A program made the translations under genes and the position numbers. From assembly GCA_026026165.1 (NCBI GenBank), contig JAPEUD010000014.1:248001-312000 (forward strand): 64,000 bases of DNA, read 5' to 3'. The notes below the pieces were generated by a model that ran no database searches, was not told the origin of the DNA, and was given only the letters and a program-made list of their open reading frames with translations. How positions within the stretch are numbered: the stretch's first letter is position 1; every line of letters starts with the position of its first letter. This document shows, piece by piece, positions 1 through 11,368 of the stretch. Source of the stretch: Sarea resinae. Taxonomy: Eukaryota.

Positions 1-1642
1 CCACCCTCAGAAGCGGACTTGAAGAGAACCTGTTGTGGATTGACAGTCCCATTCGTAGCTCTCTGCTGGCCTTGATGAGAAGCTTGGGGCTCCCAGGAAG
101 GCTCTTCTTCAGGGATCATCGTCCACTGAACGTTGCGCTCCGTGGCGAAAGGATTGGAATTCTCCAAGCCAAAATAGCGAGCGTAGCTGTACATGTCAGA
201 TCAGTCAGATCAACAAACTACTGGACATTGGAGGCTCACTCGTCACCCATTTCCAGATGATCACCGTGACTTGGTTGTGGACTAAATTTGGTAGGGTCAA
301 GAAGAATGTCAAGCGATTGACTTCGTTGAAGCTCCTGAGTGGCAGTTTTTGAGCTCAGGATGTCGCGGGTGAGCGATTTGAAAGCGTGCTTTGTAGAGCT
401 TGACGAGCGATCCGTCGAAGACAAGACCGTTGACCTGGTTGAAGGAGCGCCTGAGGAACCAGTCGAGCGATCGCCGACTGGTACGCCAGAGTAGACTGTG
501 GTCACTGAATCAATGTTATCGACCAATAATGGAGACGTGTGATCTCTGTCAGTCAGTGGCTTCTTCAAACTGTAGTCCACGTCGTCTGCTGCACCATCAA
601 GAGAGAATGATAGATAATGTAGGTCTGAAGCAGTCATCGACCGAGGTGCACCACGAAGATGCTCGTCAGGTACGAGATGATCGGTCCAGGAGCGATTACT
701 CGAAGACGTGGAAGAATCTACCGCGAGAGTAGCAAATGGCCCTAACCCGGCGACAGAGTGGCGACGACCACGATATTCACGAGAGACTGGTGGGCCAGGT
801 GGCTTTGATTTGTTCCGAGTATCCCTTCGTAGTAAAGTGGACACTTTTCGTGACAATTTCGACCGCAAGCCTGCTGCGTAATGACTAAGTTCTCGTCTCA
901 GCCTCTGTTGCGGGCTTTTCCCCCCTATAGGTGAGTCTAGATTTCCCTTCACGGCTGTTTCATTCTGCTCTATCCCGCCGCCTTCACCAGTGAACGTATC
1001 TGCAGAGCACCAAGCACCTTCCGACGCGCCGGTGATGCCAGAGCGTAATGTAATAACCGGACGTTCACGTATTATATCTAGAGATGTCGGAGCATTGTCA
1101 GGATGATAGGTGTTCGGACGCGGACGTGGACGCTCCTCAAAAGACTCTTCTGGCTCAGGGACCCTGCAAAGCAGTTCCGCTGTATTTGATTGTGTACTTG
1201 GAGTAGAAGCAACCGGAATTGGGGAGGGAATCTGCGGTGCTCAAGAATTAGCATCATTACGTCTTACTAGTTTGGTGACTTCTGGTCACAGAGAATGAAT
1301 GTAGCATAGTAAGCGTACCCCTTGGAGTTTGAAATCGTGTCTCCACGTACGCCAGATGTCTCCTTCGTCCCCTAGCCCCGATGCATTGTTCTCGCCCCGT
1401 AACACGTCGTAGAAGATCGACATGGCCTTGGGAGTATTTGTATCGCCATAGCGGGTAACAAATCGCTGTTTCACTTCCTGGACACCTTCTGCGTATCGGA
1501 AATAGCGAGTAATTTCTGTCCCCAGTTGAAACTGTAAGAATTCACGGCAATCGTCCTCATCAAACTCCAAGTCCTTGTTTTCGTCCTCTGCGTCTGCGTC
1601 TGTCGAGTAGATCGTCTCTCGACAAGAGCTGAAAAAGAACAT
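1..1642 (-). CDS. Hypothetical Ser-rich protein, 3'-partial (runs off the window edge); exons 1642-1319, 1231-240, 186-<1
   Basis: ORFs 1286..1663 and 236..952 join in frame across a GTACGC...CTAAT...CAG intron (1318-1232). A second GTGAGC...CAG intron (239-187) leads into a frame that stays open to position 1. No recognisable domain. Confidence 0.7.
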
Positions 1643-3149
1643 GGCGAAGGAATAAGAGAGCAAGGATCAAATCTGAAGCTATGTGGGCTCCTGGCCGTCA
1701 TGAACGGCGAGCAAGAGGTGTTGGGGATCGGGGCTTTGGAGGAGAGGTGAAGATTAATAAGTCCCGCAGAACGTGAGATTTGCTTAAGCTTCACTGCGAG
1801 GTCAAATAGCCCTTATGCTGCCATGCGATCAACGCATTCCCCTCTTCTGGTGAAGAGGGAAGTATTTTGTGGATTCATAGTCCACAATGTCACAACACAG
1901 GGCATGATGTTGCCACGCTCTTTGAACCACGAACAGTCTCATTCTCTGAGTCCCAGACTTGCCATTGATCGTTCGATACTTCTGCCCCTTAATATGGAAG
2001 AACACCAAGAGCAACTTACTATCGTACCCATTGTACGAGACCGCGGTCAATAACCAAACAAATAGCAAAGCTGCTCCCCACAGCTGCTCCAGAGCCAAAA
2101 CCGTTCATACTCTCCCGCTTGAAGGCGAGCACAAGCATCGTCCCGCCAGAGATCGGAGGTCTTTCTAACGCCATTTCAGGGGAGAGGTGATAGAATAACG
2201 AGAGATCTTCTGACGTTCCGCTTTCCGCATCCTACAAAGCCCCTCATGGACTGCCTAGTAGGAATCAATGCCGAGCATCATAACGATGAGGATTTCACAT
2301 TTCCCCACGAAAGAGCATACTATTGCTCGTTTCGGTTCAAGTGTCGACATTCAGGCACAATGTGACCATCTATACATTTATCAGGGCGGCGTTAGCAAGC
2401 AGAGCTGTTTTTGCCGAGATGTCATCTGGTGCCATAGCTTCCAGGAGGGAGAAAAGGATTGAGGTATGTCGTCGGCAAAAACGTGGGGGATTTTCAATCG
2501 ACAGACGCCACGCTTTTTAGTGGCGGGAGAAGTCTTGGAAGTAGCAGGCGAGTCGGCTCGGAGTAGAGTAGTGTGTTTTGGTATCACAATTGTGGGGGAA
2601 ACGAGTCCCGAGATCCTCTTCCGCGTTCGTGCGTTTCAATGCCGACGCCCTCTCCACACACTGAATCAATTCCATCGATAGGTTCTCCCCCAGCTTGTCT
2701 TGGCCGATAGTCACACCGCGAGTGATCACTCTGCCTTACCTTACCCCCAGGCATCAGCCATGCTTACCCCGCATCCCCAGCTCAAATCTTCACAAGGTCC
2801 CTCTCATCTAACGCTGGTTTTGGTAAGCCTTACAGCAAAATGTATCCGCCCAAGTTGCTTAATTGGCCATATCGAGCAAGCCATGGCAGGGAGCCAGCTT
2901 GGGAGGATAGACCCATGGCCGATATGGACTTCGCGGCATCATTCCGGCATTCATGACGGTACTTTGACAAGTGAGACCGGAGCTTCCATTGCTTAAGTCT
3001 TCTTGTGCACCCTTTCCCTATGATTCATTATCCTCCTCGTCGCTAGGGAAATAGTTCAGATAGGAACAGCAATTCGAGAACGTATTAGACGACCCTCAGA
3101 AGCCGGGAACGTACCGCCCTCTGGCCAGATAATTGAATACTTCATCCAC

Positions 3150-5161
3150 ATGTCTAATTTGGAGACTTACGATATTGTTATAGTTGGTGCCGGACCGGTC
3201 GGATTGCTGCTATCTGTATGCCTTGCGCGATGGGGTTATAAGATAAAGCACATCGATAATCGTCCCGAGCCCACGCCCACCGGCCGAGCAGATGGAATTC
3301 AACCTCGGAGTCTTGATCTGCTTAGAAACATGGGACTCAAACGGAGAATAATGTCCTATGGTCCGGCTAAAGTTTACGAAGTCGCATTTTGGGATCCTGC
3401 TCCGGAGAGGGAAGGGATATATCGGAAAGGCACATGGGCAAGCTGTCCAAAATTCATCGATGCCAGGTTTCCGTTCACGACTCTGCTGCACCAGGGACTC
3501 ATTGAGAGGACATTCCTCGAGGATCTCAATAAAAACGGTACGTATGTACAAAGACCGTGGACAATTACGGGTTTTGAGAACGATGGCAAAGACCCATTCT
3601 TCCCAATCAGTGTCAGCGTAGCAGAGGTTGATGGGACCGAAAGTCAAACCGTGAGGACCAAATACCTCTTTAGCGGAGAGGGCGCCAGGAGTTTTGTAAG
3701 GGACCAATTGGCGATCAAGATACATCATAAAGACCCCATCGCGCACGTTTGGGGTGTAATGGATGGCGTCGTGCGAACGGACTTCCCAGATATAAAGGTT
3801 TGTCAACTCTTTACTAATGCGACGATCTCTAATAATAGAATTATCTAGATGAAATGTACGATTCATTCTGATCATGGGTCAATAATGGTGATTCCCCGAG
3901 AGAACAACATGGTCAGATTATATATACAGATAGCCTCGTCGACGGACGCGGACTGGGATCCTCGAAAGAAAGCTTCTGAAAAGGAGGTTCAGGAGTCAGC
4001 CAAGCGGATTCTCAGGCCATACTCCATCGCATGGGATAGGGTTGAATGGTTCTCGGTTTACCCAATAGGGCAGGGCATTGCAGATAAGTATACCTTGGAT
4101 CATCGAGTCTTTCTAGGTGGTGACAGCTGCCACACGCACAGCGTAGGTCTTGAAAACCCACCGTCGTTCATGACGCTAATATTGCGACCTAGCCCAAAGC
4201 CGGCCAGGGGATGAACACCGCTTTCTTGGATGCGCAGAACTTTGCCTGGAAGCTACATCATGTCGAAAAAGGGTTTGCAAAGCCCGCAATACTCGAATCT
4301 TACGAGACTGAGCGAAAACTCGTTGCCGAGAATCTACTCAATTTTGACTCGAAATACGCAGCTCTTTTCTCTGCAAGAACTCCTTCAGCGACGCAGGCAG
4401 GAAGGTTCAATAAAGTAGAAGACAAACACCCGGAGTCTGAAGATGACGACTTTATTAAATTGTTCAAAGCATCTTGCGAGTTTACGTCTGGGTACGGTGT
4501 TGCATACGATCCAAATTTGTTCAATTGGGACGAAAGTCATCCGGCTCAATCATCACTCTTCAGTCCAGAGGGAGTCAAGCTACGGACAGGTCGCATCCTC
4601 ACGCCTGCTAATGTTACCCGCGTAGCAGACGCCAATGCTGTGCATCTCGAGCAGGAAATTCCTCTCAACGGCTCATTCCGAATCTATATATTCGGTGGCG
4701 ATCCTTCAAAGACCGGTCGCGCAATTGCTGATTTTGCTTCAAACCTCCGAAGGAAAAGATCCTTCCTCATGGCATACGAGCGTCGCGATATTGCGAAAGT
4801 GCCGTACCACGAACGGCATAACCCACACTCAGAATTCTTCACCTTTTGCACCATCTTCAATGCACCCCGCAACGAGATTGAAGTTCGTGAAGCCTTGCCC
4901 GAGCCTCTAGCTCGCTATGGTGATCATGTCTACGCCGACGATATCTGGGATCAGCGTGTACCAGAAGCGAAAGCTGCTGCTCATGCCAAAATGGGCCTCG
5001 ACGAGCAGAAGGGGGGTGTTGTCGTTGTGAGGCCTGATAGCTATGTTGGTTGCACAGTGGCTTTGACGGAAGGTCCGGGCACCGTTGATGCGTTGAATGA
5101 ATACTTTGGATCTTTCACTACAAAGTCTCTAGGCAATGAAGAGCTGCAGGCACAGCTTTGA
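3150..5161 (+). CDS. FAD-dependent monooxygenase, phenol 2-monooxygenase (PheA/TfdB) family; introns 3798-3848 and 4143-4192
   Basis: [11 protein letters not shown]ossmann motif, [40 protein letters not shown] after splicing, and a C-terminal thioredoxin-like [11 protein letters not shown] segment. Confidence 0.93.
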
Positions 5162-5706
5162 ATGGATTGAATGTTTCGACCGCGATGAAGCGTTAAGCAT
5201 AAGTAAAGCTGACGCATAATCCAAACAAGTTGGCCAAGCCTACAAATCGCAGCATCACGGAATAAATATTGGTATGAAATTGCCAGCATCGGATTTCAAG
5301 CAGTCATGTACGAGATTCGTGTTGGTTCTATATAATAGATTGTTCAGGAAGATGTTATTTGTCTTCAAATCATCAATTCTATTCAAAAATTTCTCTTTTA
5401 TTTTGAGTAAGACTTCTGAAATACTGTGATATAACCCAAGCATTAATATTGGATTTTCATAGGCGTATGTATATATACTCCCTCATCTAAAGGTCCATTG
5501 TATGAAGCATTCCAATCTTTCTACAGAGTATTTCGTGTTGATGGCATTGGCTGGGCAACTACGGAGTAGACGTCATCTCGCTAAATCCCGTCTCCCCCCA
5601 AACCGCTGCGGGCAACAGTCTAGCATCATCATGGCAGTCTATCAGTAACGATCCATCTCGGGAAGCCATCATATACCAATATTCTCTCATCTATCTCAAG
5701 CTCGCT

Positions 5707-6420
5707 ATGGCACCCGCCCGACAGGCATCGTCCAGGGCCGCGGGCCCTACTACCCGCGGTGGTCAGTCAACTCTCAGTTTCGGAAATCGCTCCAAAGTCA
5801 CCAAACCGACTCCCGCCCCCTCGAACAAAACGAAGAAAGATCCGGCCCTTTTCGAGGATCGCAATGTCACTGCAATTGCATCTCCTGATCTAGCAGAGCC
5901 CACCTCGGCCGAGGTCGCGATCATTGACCAGGCCAAAGCGGAAGCTGAGAAGCCCAGGACCGAGGAAGAGGAAGAGGCCGAGAACATTACAGAAGCGCAG
6001 CTGCGCAAATACTGGAGGGAAAGAGAGAACGAGAGGAAGGCCTCAAGAGGTGAAATAATACTGGCTCACATGTCTCGGACATCACTAACGAAGTTCGCCG
6101 TGACGCAGTTCATCAGCAGGATCTATCGATTGATGAAAAGATACTACGACATTTTGATCTTTCTTCACAATACGGAGTACGTCGTGGCCATCCAGCCCTT
6201 ATACCTCTTCTCAAAATGAAAGTGAATTGATTTTGACTATCTACCACAGCCATGCATCGGGATAGCTCGTACAAAGCGCTGGCACCGCGCTAGAAAGCTC
6301 AACCTTCATCCCCCAATTGAAGTCCTTGCCATTCTCATGAAGGAGCAAAAAGCCGACAATACGAAGTTCCAACGAGCTTATATCGACGAGCTCATGTCTT
6401 CACGCTTTGTTGAGAATTGA
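5707..6420 (+). CDS. POLD4: DNA polymerase delta subunit 4 (p12/Cdm1 family); introns about 6050-6108 and 6177-6249
   Basis: N-terminal PIP-like QSTLSF. The spliced C-terminus reads ILRHFDLSSQYGPCIGIARTKRWHRARKLNLHPPIEV, the family signature. Stop at 6418-6420. Confidence 0.9.
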
Positions 6421-8842
6421 TGAAATGAAGATTGTCTTCTACGGTCCCCAAATTTTTATGTTGCCCATCCTAAGATTCGCTATTTGAGGTGTTCATGTGT
6501 AATTGGCGCTTTGGAGGGCTTTTCAAATCATGGGCATCAGGTTTTGCTATTGGGATATTTGAAGGTGTTTCCTGGAGAGATGGTTGCGGTTGTTCACATC
6601 TGGTCTCCCTCAGCTTGCCGGACTCGTCTTCTGCAGTCCTGTTCAAATATTTCGAGGTTATAGAACTCAAGACTATCGGTGCTTTCACGCTCATTGCAAT
6701 TAGATACAATCGCTAAACTAGTCTCTGCAAAGCCTTTGTCATCTACAGTTCCAACATGCAGCTTCAATTTCTTTATGGTGCAGCCTCATCATTAAATTTC
6801 GATATGATATGGAGGGCGAAAGGAGATGTTGGCTTGTTTAGGATTTGACAGTGCGAGCTTCCTTAGGCTTCGTGGGCCCGTTTGTGTGACGCAAACGAGC
6901 GGTTCTAATGAACCAACTCTGACTGGATCGCTGGCATTTTCTTAAGGCACGTTTGACTCCCTAAATGGATGCGCCTTTCCCTGAAAGTTTTCATGAGCAG
7001 TTCCGAATTGCGAATCATCCGTCGATATCTATTATTTCCACATCATTAAGCATAAGCATTCCCAAAGGGTTCATAGGGGACTTATTGCCTCTGAAAACTA
7101 CCTCGGGACGGACTGATCGTTTAAGACTAGCAAGGAGACTTTCAACTCTCGTATCACGAATTATCAAGAGGGCTTTTGCAAGGGGGCTTCGGAAATCTAC
7201 GAGCGCACTCCTGCCTCAAAAGGATATGCGAGGGCAGCACGCGAGTATTATATTGCCTACCTAGGTAGGTTGCAGAGAATCCGTGGAACACCACTATTCA
7301 TGTCCTACGCAATTACGGCCAATCCTCGAGCCAAAGCCGAATGGTAAGGTTATTGGTCGAAAGCATTGAATTTCGTTCCTCGAAGAGCCAATCAATATCA
7401 ATGCCGCGTATGGATGAGGAGGAACAGAACTCATGCATTCGACGAGCTGGTGGATGAATCAGGTTCAGAAAATGCCGTGTCGCTGACTTCGAAGCTGCTT
7501 AGAATATTTTGAAGTCATGGGCGGGATATCAACGGGAACCAGCAATAGCATGGACAGAACAGCTAATGGAACTCGGATCCTATACTACTTCAGCATACGA
7601 ACGAATAACCAGCTAGGATCTTCATCGTGCCAGAGGATATTATTTCCCTAGACAGATCCAGTATCCTGCAGCAAGCCGAGAACATGTCCGCCTTGTGCCC
7701 TAAGTGACCGTTTCCAGTACTACTCCCGAGAATTGAACGCAGGAATTACTCCATACCACCTCCGCTCTGACAGACCATCTCCGGCCAGCGCGCCACATTC
7801 CGCTCGAAGGGCCACTGCGGCGCAGAATTCGTATTCGCACTCAAACCCTTGTCATACATTGCCAAGAAAAGGAATTGTGCCGATTGGGATGGCAGGGCGG
7901 ATGAAGTTACTCGATTCGAGACTTGGTCCGTGTCACTCGCGAACCGCGGCATCTTACCCCGGATCTTCCCCACAAAGTCGGGGTACGGGATCGACGAAGC
8001 TAGCCTAGCCTCATGCGAGTACAAGGTCTCTGAGCCTACTGGCAGGCATGTTTGGATAGGTCTGAACGGTCTTCCATGCGATGGTGATGTTGTGAAAGTC
8101 GTTCGTTTGGGTTCAAGAGCGGGGAAATCGACTGAATGTCAGTGCACAGCAATGGGTTGTATGTGTTCCATCCTTCGCAGCAGCATTCAATGAAGGCCAA
8201 TGACCGCCGGTCGTCGTGCATGATCGTGGCAACATAGGCTCAACAGGACTTTGAAAAAGTCGAGGGGGCGGGCCACTATCAGGCAAGTGCCCGCGATGAT
8301 CATCTTCCAAGTCGGTCACTCGGCCGACTACCAGCCCCGTTTCTCTTTCTACCCAAGGGTTCATCCTAACTTATCTCTCTTTGCTTACCCTGTCATGCCT
8401 GGTCCCCTGCCCTAACCCTTGCGCTTCCCCAGACTTACCGCGGCAGGCTTTCCTTCGTTCTCCTACTCAGCCCATCTCAAGCAGAAGCAGTTTCTTGCTC
8501 TCAGTGCATCCCCTCCCGAGCATGTGAACCCGAGGTGTGTGTCTGTGTGTGACGTGCCGGTGTGCCTGGTTCCTGACAGCTTCTCTGATGTCTGCACCCA
8601 CCTGCCCATCCATCCATTCAACCAGCTAACGAGCCGGCCACCCAGCATTCACGACGAACACATATAAGAACACCCTTTGCTCAACCTCAAGAAACTGCCT
8701 TCGTCCAATCCATCAGTAAACAGTAAATCAGAAACCAGTCGCTACTATCTATCGTCCTGTCAAGTTTCGCAAACGCTCGTTTCTTATTAATTGCATACTT
8801 TATTGCAAAAGGGATCAGCTCCGTGCTTCGAATCGAGTCAAA

Positions 8843-9820
8843 ATGAAGTACGCCTATACAGCCGTCGCCCTCGCTCTCGCCGCCATGGCACCCGTTACGG
8901 ATGCCCAGCTATCCAACGTGCCGTCCTGTGCTGTAAGTCTCTATTTCTTATCTAACTACTCTCGTCCAGTTTCGCCTGCTTGCCTGGCTGTCTACCTCTT
9001 CAGCCCTTCATCCATCATCCAGAACTGCACTGAACTTGCATCCAAACACCTTATCGCCCTTTCCCATGCCCATCCCTTCCTCCTCCTTGCCAGGATGGAT
9101 CGTTCAAAACGCTAAGAAGATCAACAGCTCGACTGCTTCGTCAGCGCTCTCTCCTCGGACGGCTGCTCTAGCGTCAGCGACTTCAAATGCCACTGCTCGA
9201 AGCCGGGCCTCATCGGCACCATCCAGCCATGCGTCGAGAAAGCTTGCGACTCATCTGACCAGGCGGGTAAGTCATCCCATTTCTCTTCTTTCATTTCGAT
9301 CATCTATCTCTTTCCTTAATTCTGTCACATGTTCTATCCCCTATCGAGACCATCAGCAGAGCAAGGAAGCTAACGAAACTCGTACTCGTTAAAAACAGCC
9401 GTCATCTCGGTGGTCGAACAAACCTGCTCGTCAGTCGGCGAGCCGCTCTCCATCTCGACGCCGGCGCCTACGTCCGCCACCTCGACCGCGGCCAGCACCA
9501 GCAGCACGCCGTCATCCACACCGGCCTCGTCGATGCCCTCGTCCACGCCGGCGTCCAGCATGCCTTCATCCAGCACCCCTTCCGAAACATCCACCAGCGC
9601 CTCCTCCTCCTCCTCCTCCTCCTCTTCTTCCTCAGCAAGCTCCCCCACTGCCCCAGCCACCACGTCCGCTCCCTCGAGCGTGGCGTCCCAAACCGCATCT
9701 ACAGCAGGGAGCAGCACGGCCACTAGCTCCGTCCAGCCATTCACGGGCGGTGCGACGCACGTTGGAGGCGCGATCGGCGGCGCGGCCATGGCTGTTGTGG
9801 TCGCTGCGTTGAACCTGTGA
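8843..9820 (+). CDS. Secreted, GPI-anchored CFEM-domain cell-wall protein; introns 8933-9127 and 9267-9398
   Basis: Signal peptide, then an 8-Cys CFEM domain (PSCALDC...GCSSVSDFKCHCSK...PCVEKAC...TC), a Ser/Thr/Pro stalk and a hydrophobic C-terminal GPI signal. TATA-like TATAAGA at about 8663. Confidence 0.92.
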
Positions 9821-11368
9821 ATCCAAACGTCCCGCGGGAAGTCAGGCGGGGAAGTGAAGGAATTCGAAGGACCTCCAGTAACGAGCCGGGGTGGACCAGT
9901 AGACGGTATGGGCGAATGGGATGCACGCACAGCACGGAAACGGAGATTGCTTGTCTTGGCGCGAAGGGGGCCGCGGACGGACTGGCTCCCTGACGCCTCT
10001 CTATTGTGGAAAGCTGTACAGAGAGGCCCGAGGGACCGCAACGGAAATCAGAACCAACAAAAATAATAACGCATTACCATTCTCGGCATCCCATCGTTCT
10101 TCTTGCCTATCTATCTATCTATCATTCTTTCTTTCGTTCATCCTCTCGGAGAGCCAGCGAAGGGGGCCAGCGGAGCGGGGGTCTTCAAGGCACTTATCCG
10201 GTCCGACCTGCTCGGGTCTCTGGTCCTGATTCGTGCGTCCTGGGAAGACAAGATCGATGAGGCTATCCCTCTTCCGCCCCTCTTCCGCCTCTTCCCTCCC
10301 ATCCTCACCAGGAGAGAAAGAGAAGACAGAAAGACAGACAGAAAGAAAAAAAAGTCAGAAGAGAAGACGATCCCATCTATGATAACATAATATAATACTA
10401 TTAATCAATCATTCTGCCACACCCAACATCCCCCCCCCCCACTTGCCCGTTCGATTTCGATTTCCATTCCTGAACAAAAACTCATCAATCCATTATTACC
10501 GCTATCTGGGGTTTCATCCATCCATCCATCCACTCATCCATCCATCTACGACATCTATGACACTAGATGGATACTAGGTATAGATATCCAAGCCAATCAT
10601 TCAAAAACGTCGACATTCCCAGACGGTCAATCCGACCCAAGGACCGCGCGGTATCGTATCGGGGGCTCTTTGTGAGGTTTGTCGTGATTTTTGTGATTTG
10701 TTTTGTCTTGTTTGTTTCGTGTTAGGGGGGTTTCTGGGATGTGGAATGATCATCTTGTTTGCTTGTCTTGTCTGAGAGAGACTGAAATATCACGTATTCC
10801 GCTGATTTGGTTGGTGGAAAGATCCAGAAGTTCCTAGATGCGTGGTAATACAGAATTCGAACGCACCTCCGGGTTGGAGGGGGGGGGGGGGAAGGGAGCA
10901 AGAAAAAGATTGTAGCCTCGCCTCTATTACTTTCTGCCCTCTGCTTTAGATCTCTTGGGTGATCAGACAGGTCTCACTCGAAAGCGAAAATCGTAGAGAA
11001 TACCACAGGGCAAAACTGATGTAAAACAAGAGATTACGCCATGACGTATGAATTTCTTCTGCCTTTTTGTGCTTTATTTTGTTTCACGCCACTACCAGCC
11101 ATGCCGGCATCGTCGTCCCCGTCTCTGGAGCACAACCAAGCAGAGGCCAGATCTAGAGCGCCTTAGATAGTTCAGAGAAAAAAAAAAGAACAACATAAGC
11201 CAAGCATATCTTGGGACCTGCTAGTGCTGCTGCTGCTGCTGCTGCTGCCGACTTGTATCCATCGAACCGGCTTTACTCTATGGGAGATCGAAAAGAAATC
11301 GCAGTTTTCAGCTACCGCTCGCTAGTGACATACCCCGCCCTCATTAGATGCCCAGTCTGCTTGAACAC

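Noticed and set aside
1700..3100. Short ORFs in the orphan/monooxygenase spacer (likewise 6450-8700 and 48300-51100)
   Set aside because: No coherent splice model, codon bias or motif; treated as promoter or UTR sequence.
3210..3875. Antisense ORFs over real genes (for example 3210..3875, 9370..10041, 19777..20340, 52831..53397)
   Set aside because: Shadow ORFs of well-supported coding sequences on the opposite strand.
8410..8419. CCCTAACCCT, resembling a telomerase RNA template or telomeric seed
   Set aside because: A single short match in the CFEM promoter, with no pseudoknot or CR4/5-like elements visible and no room before the next gene.
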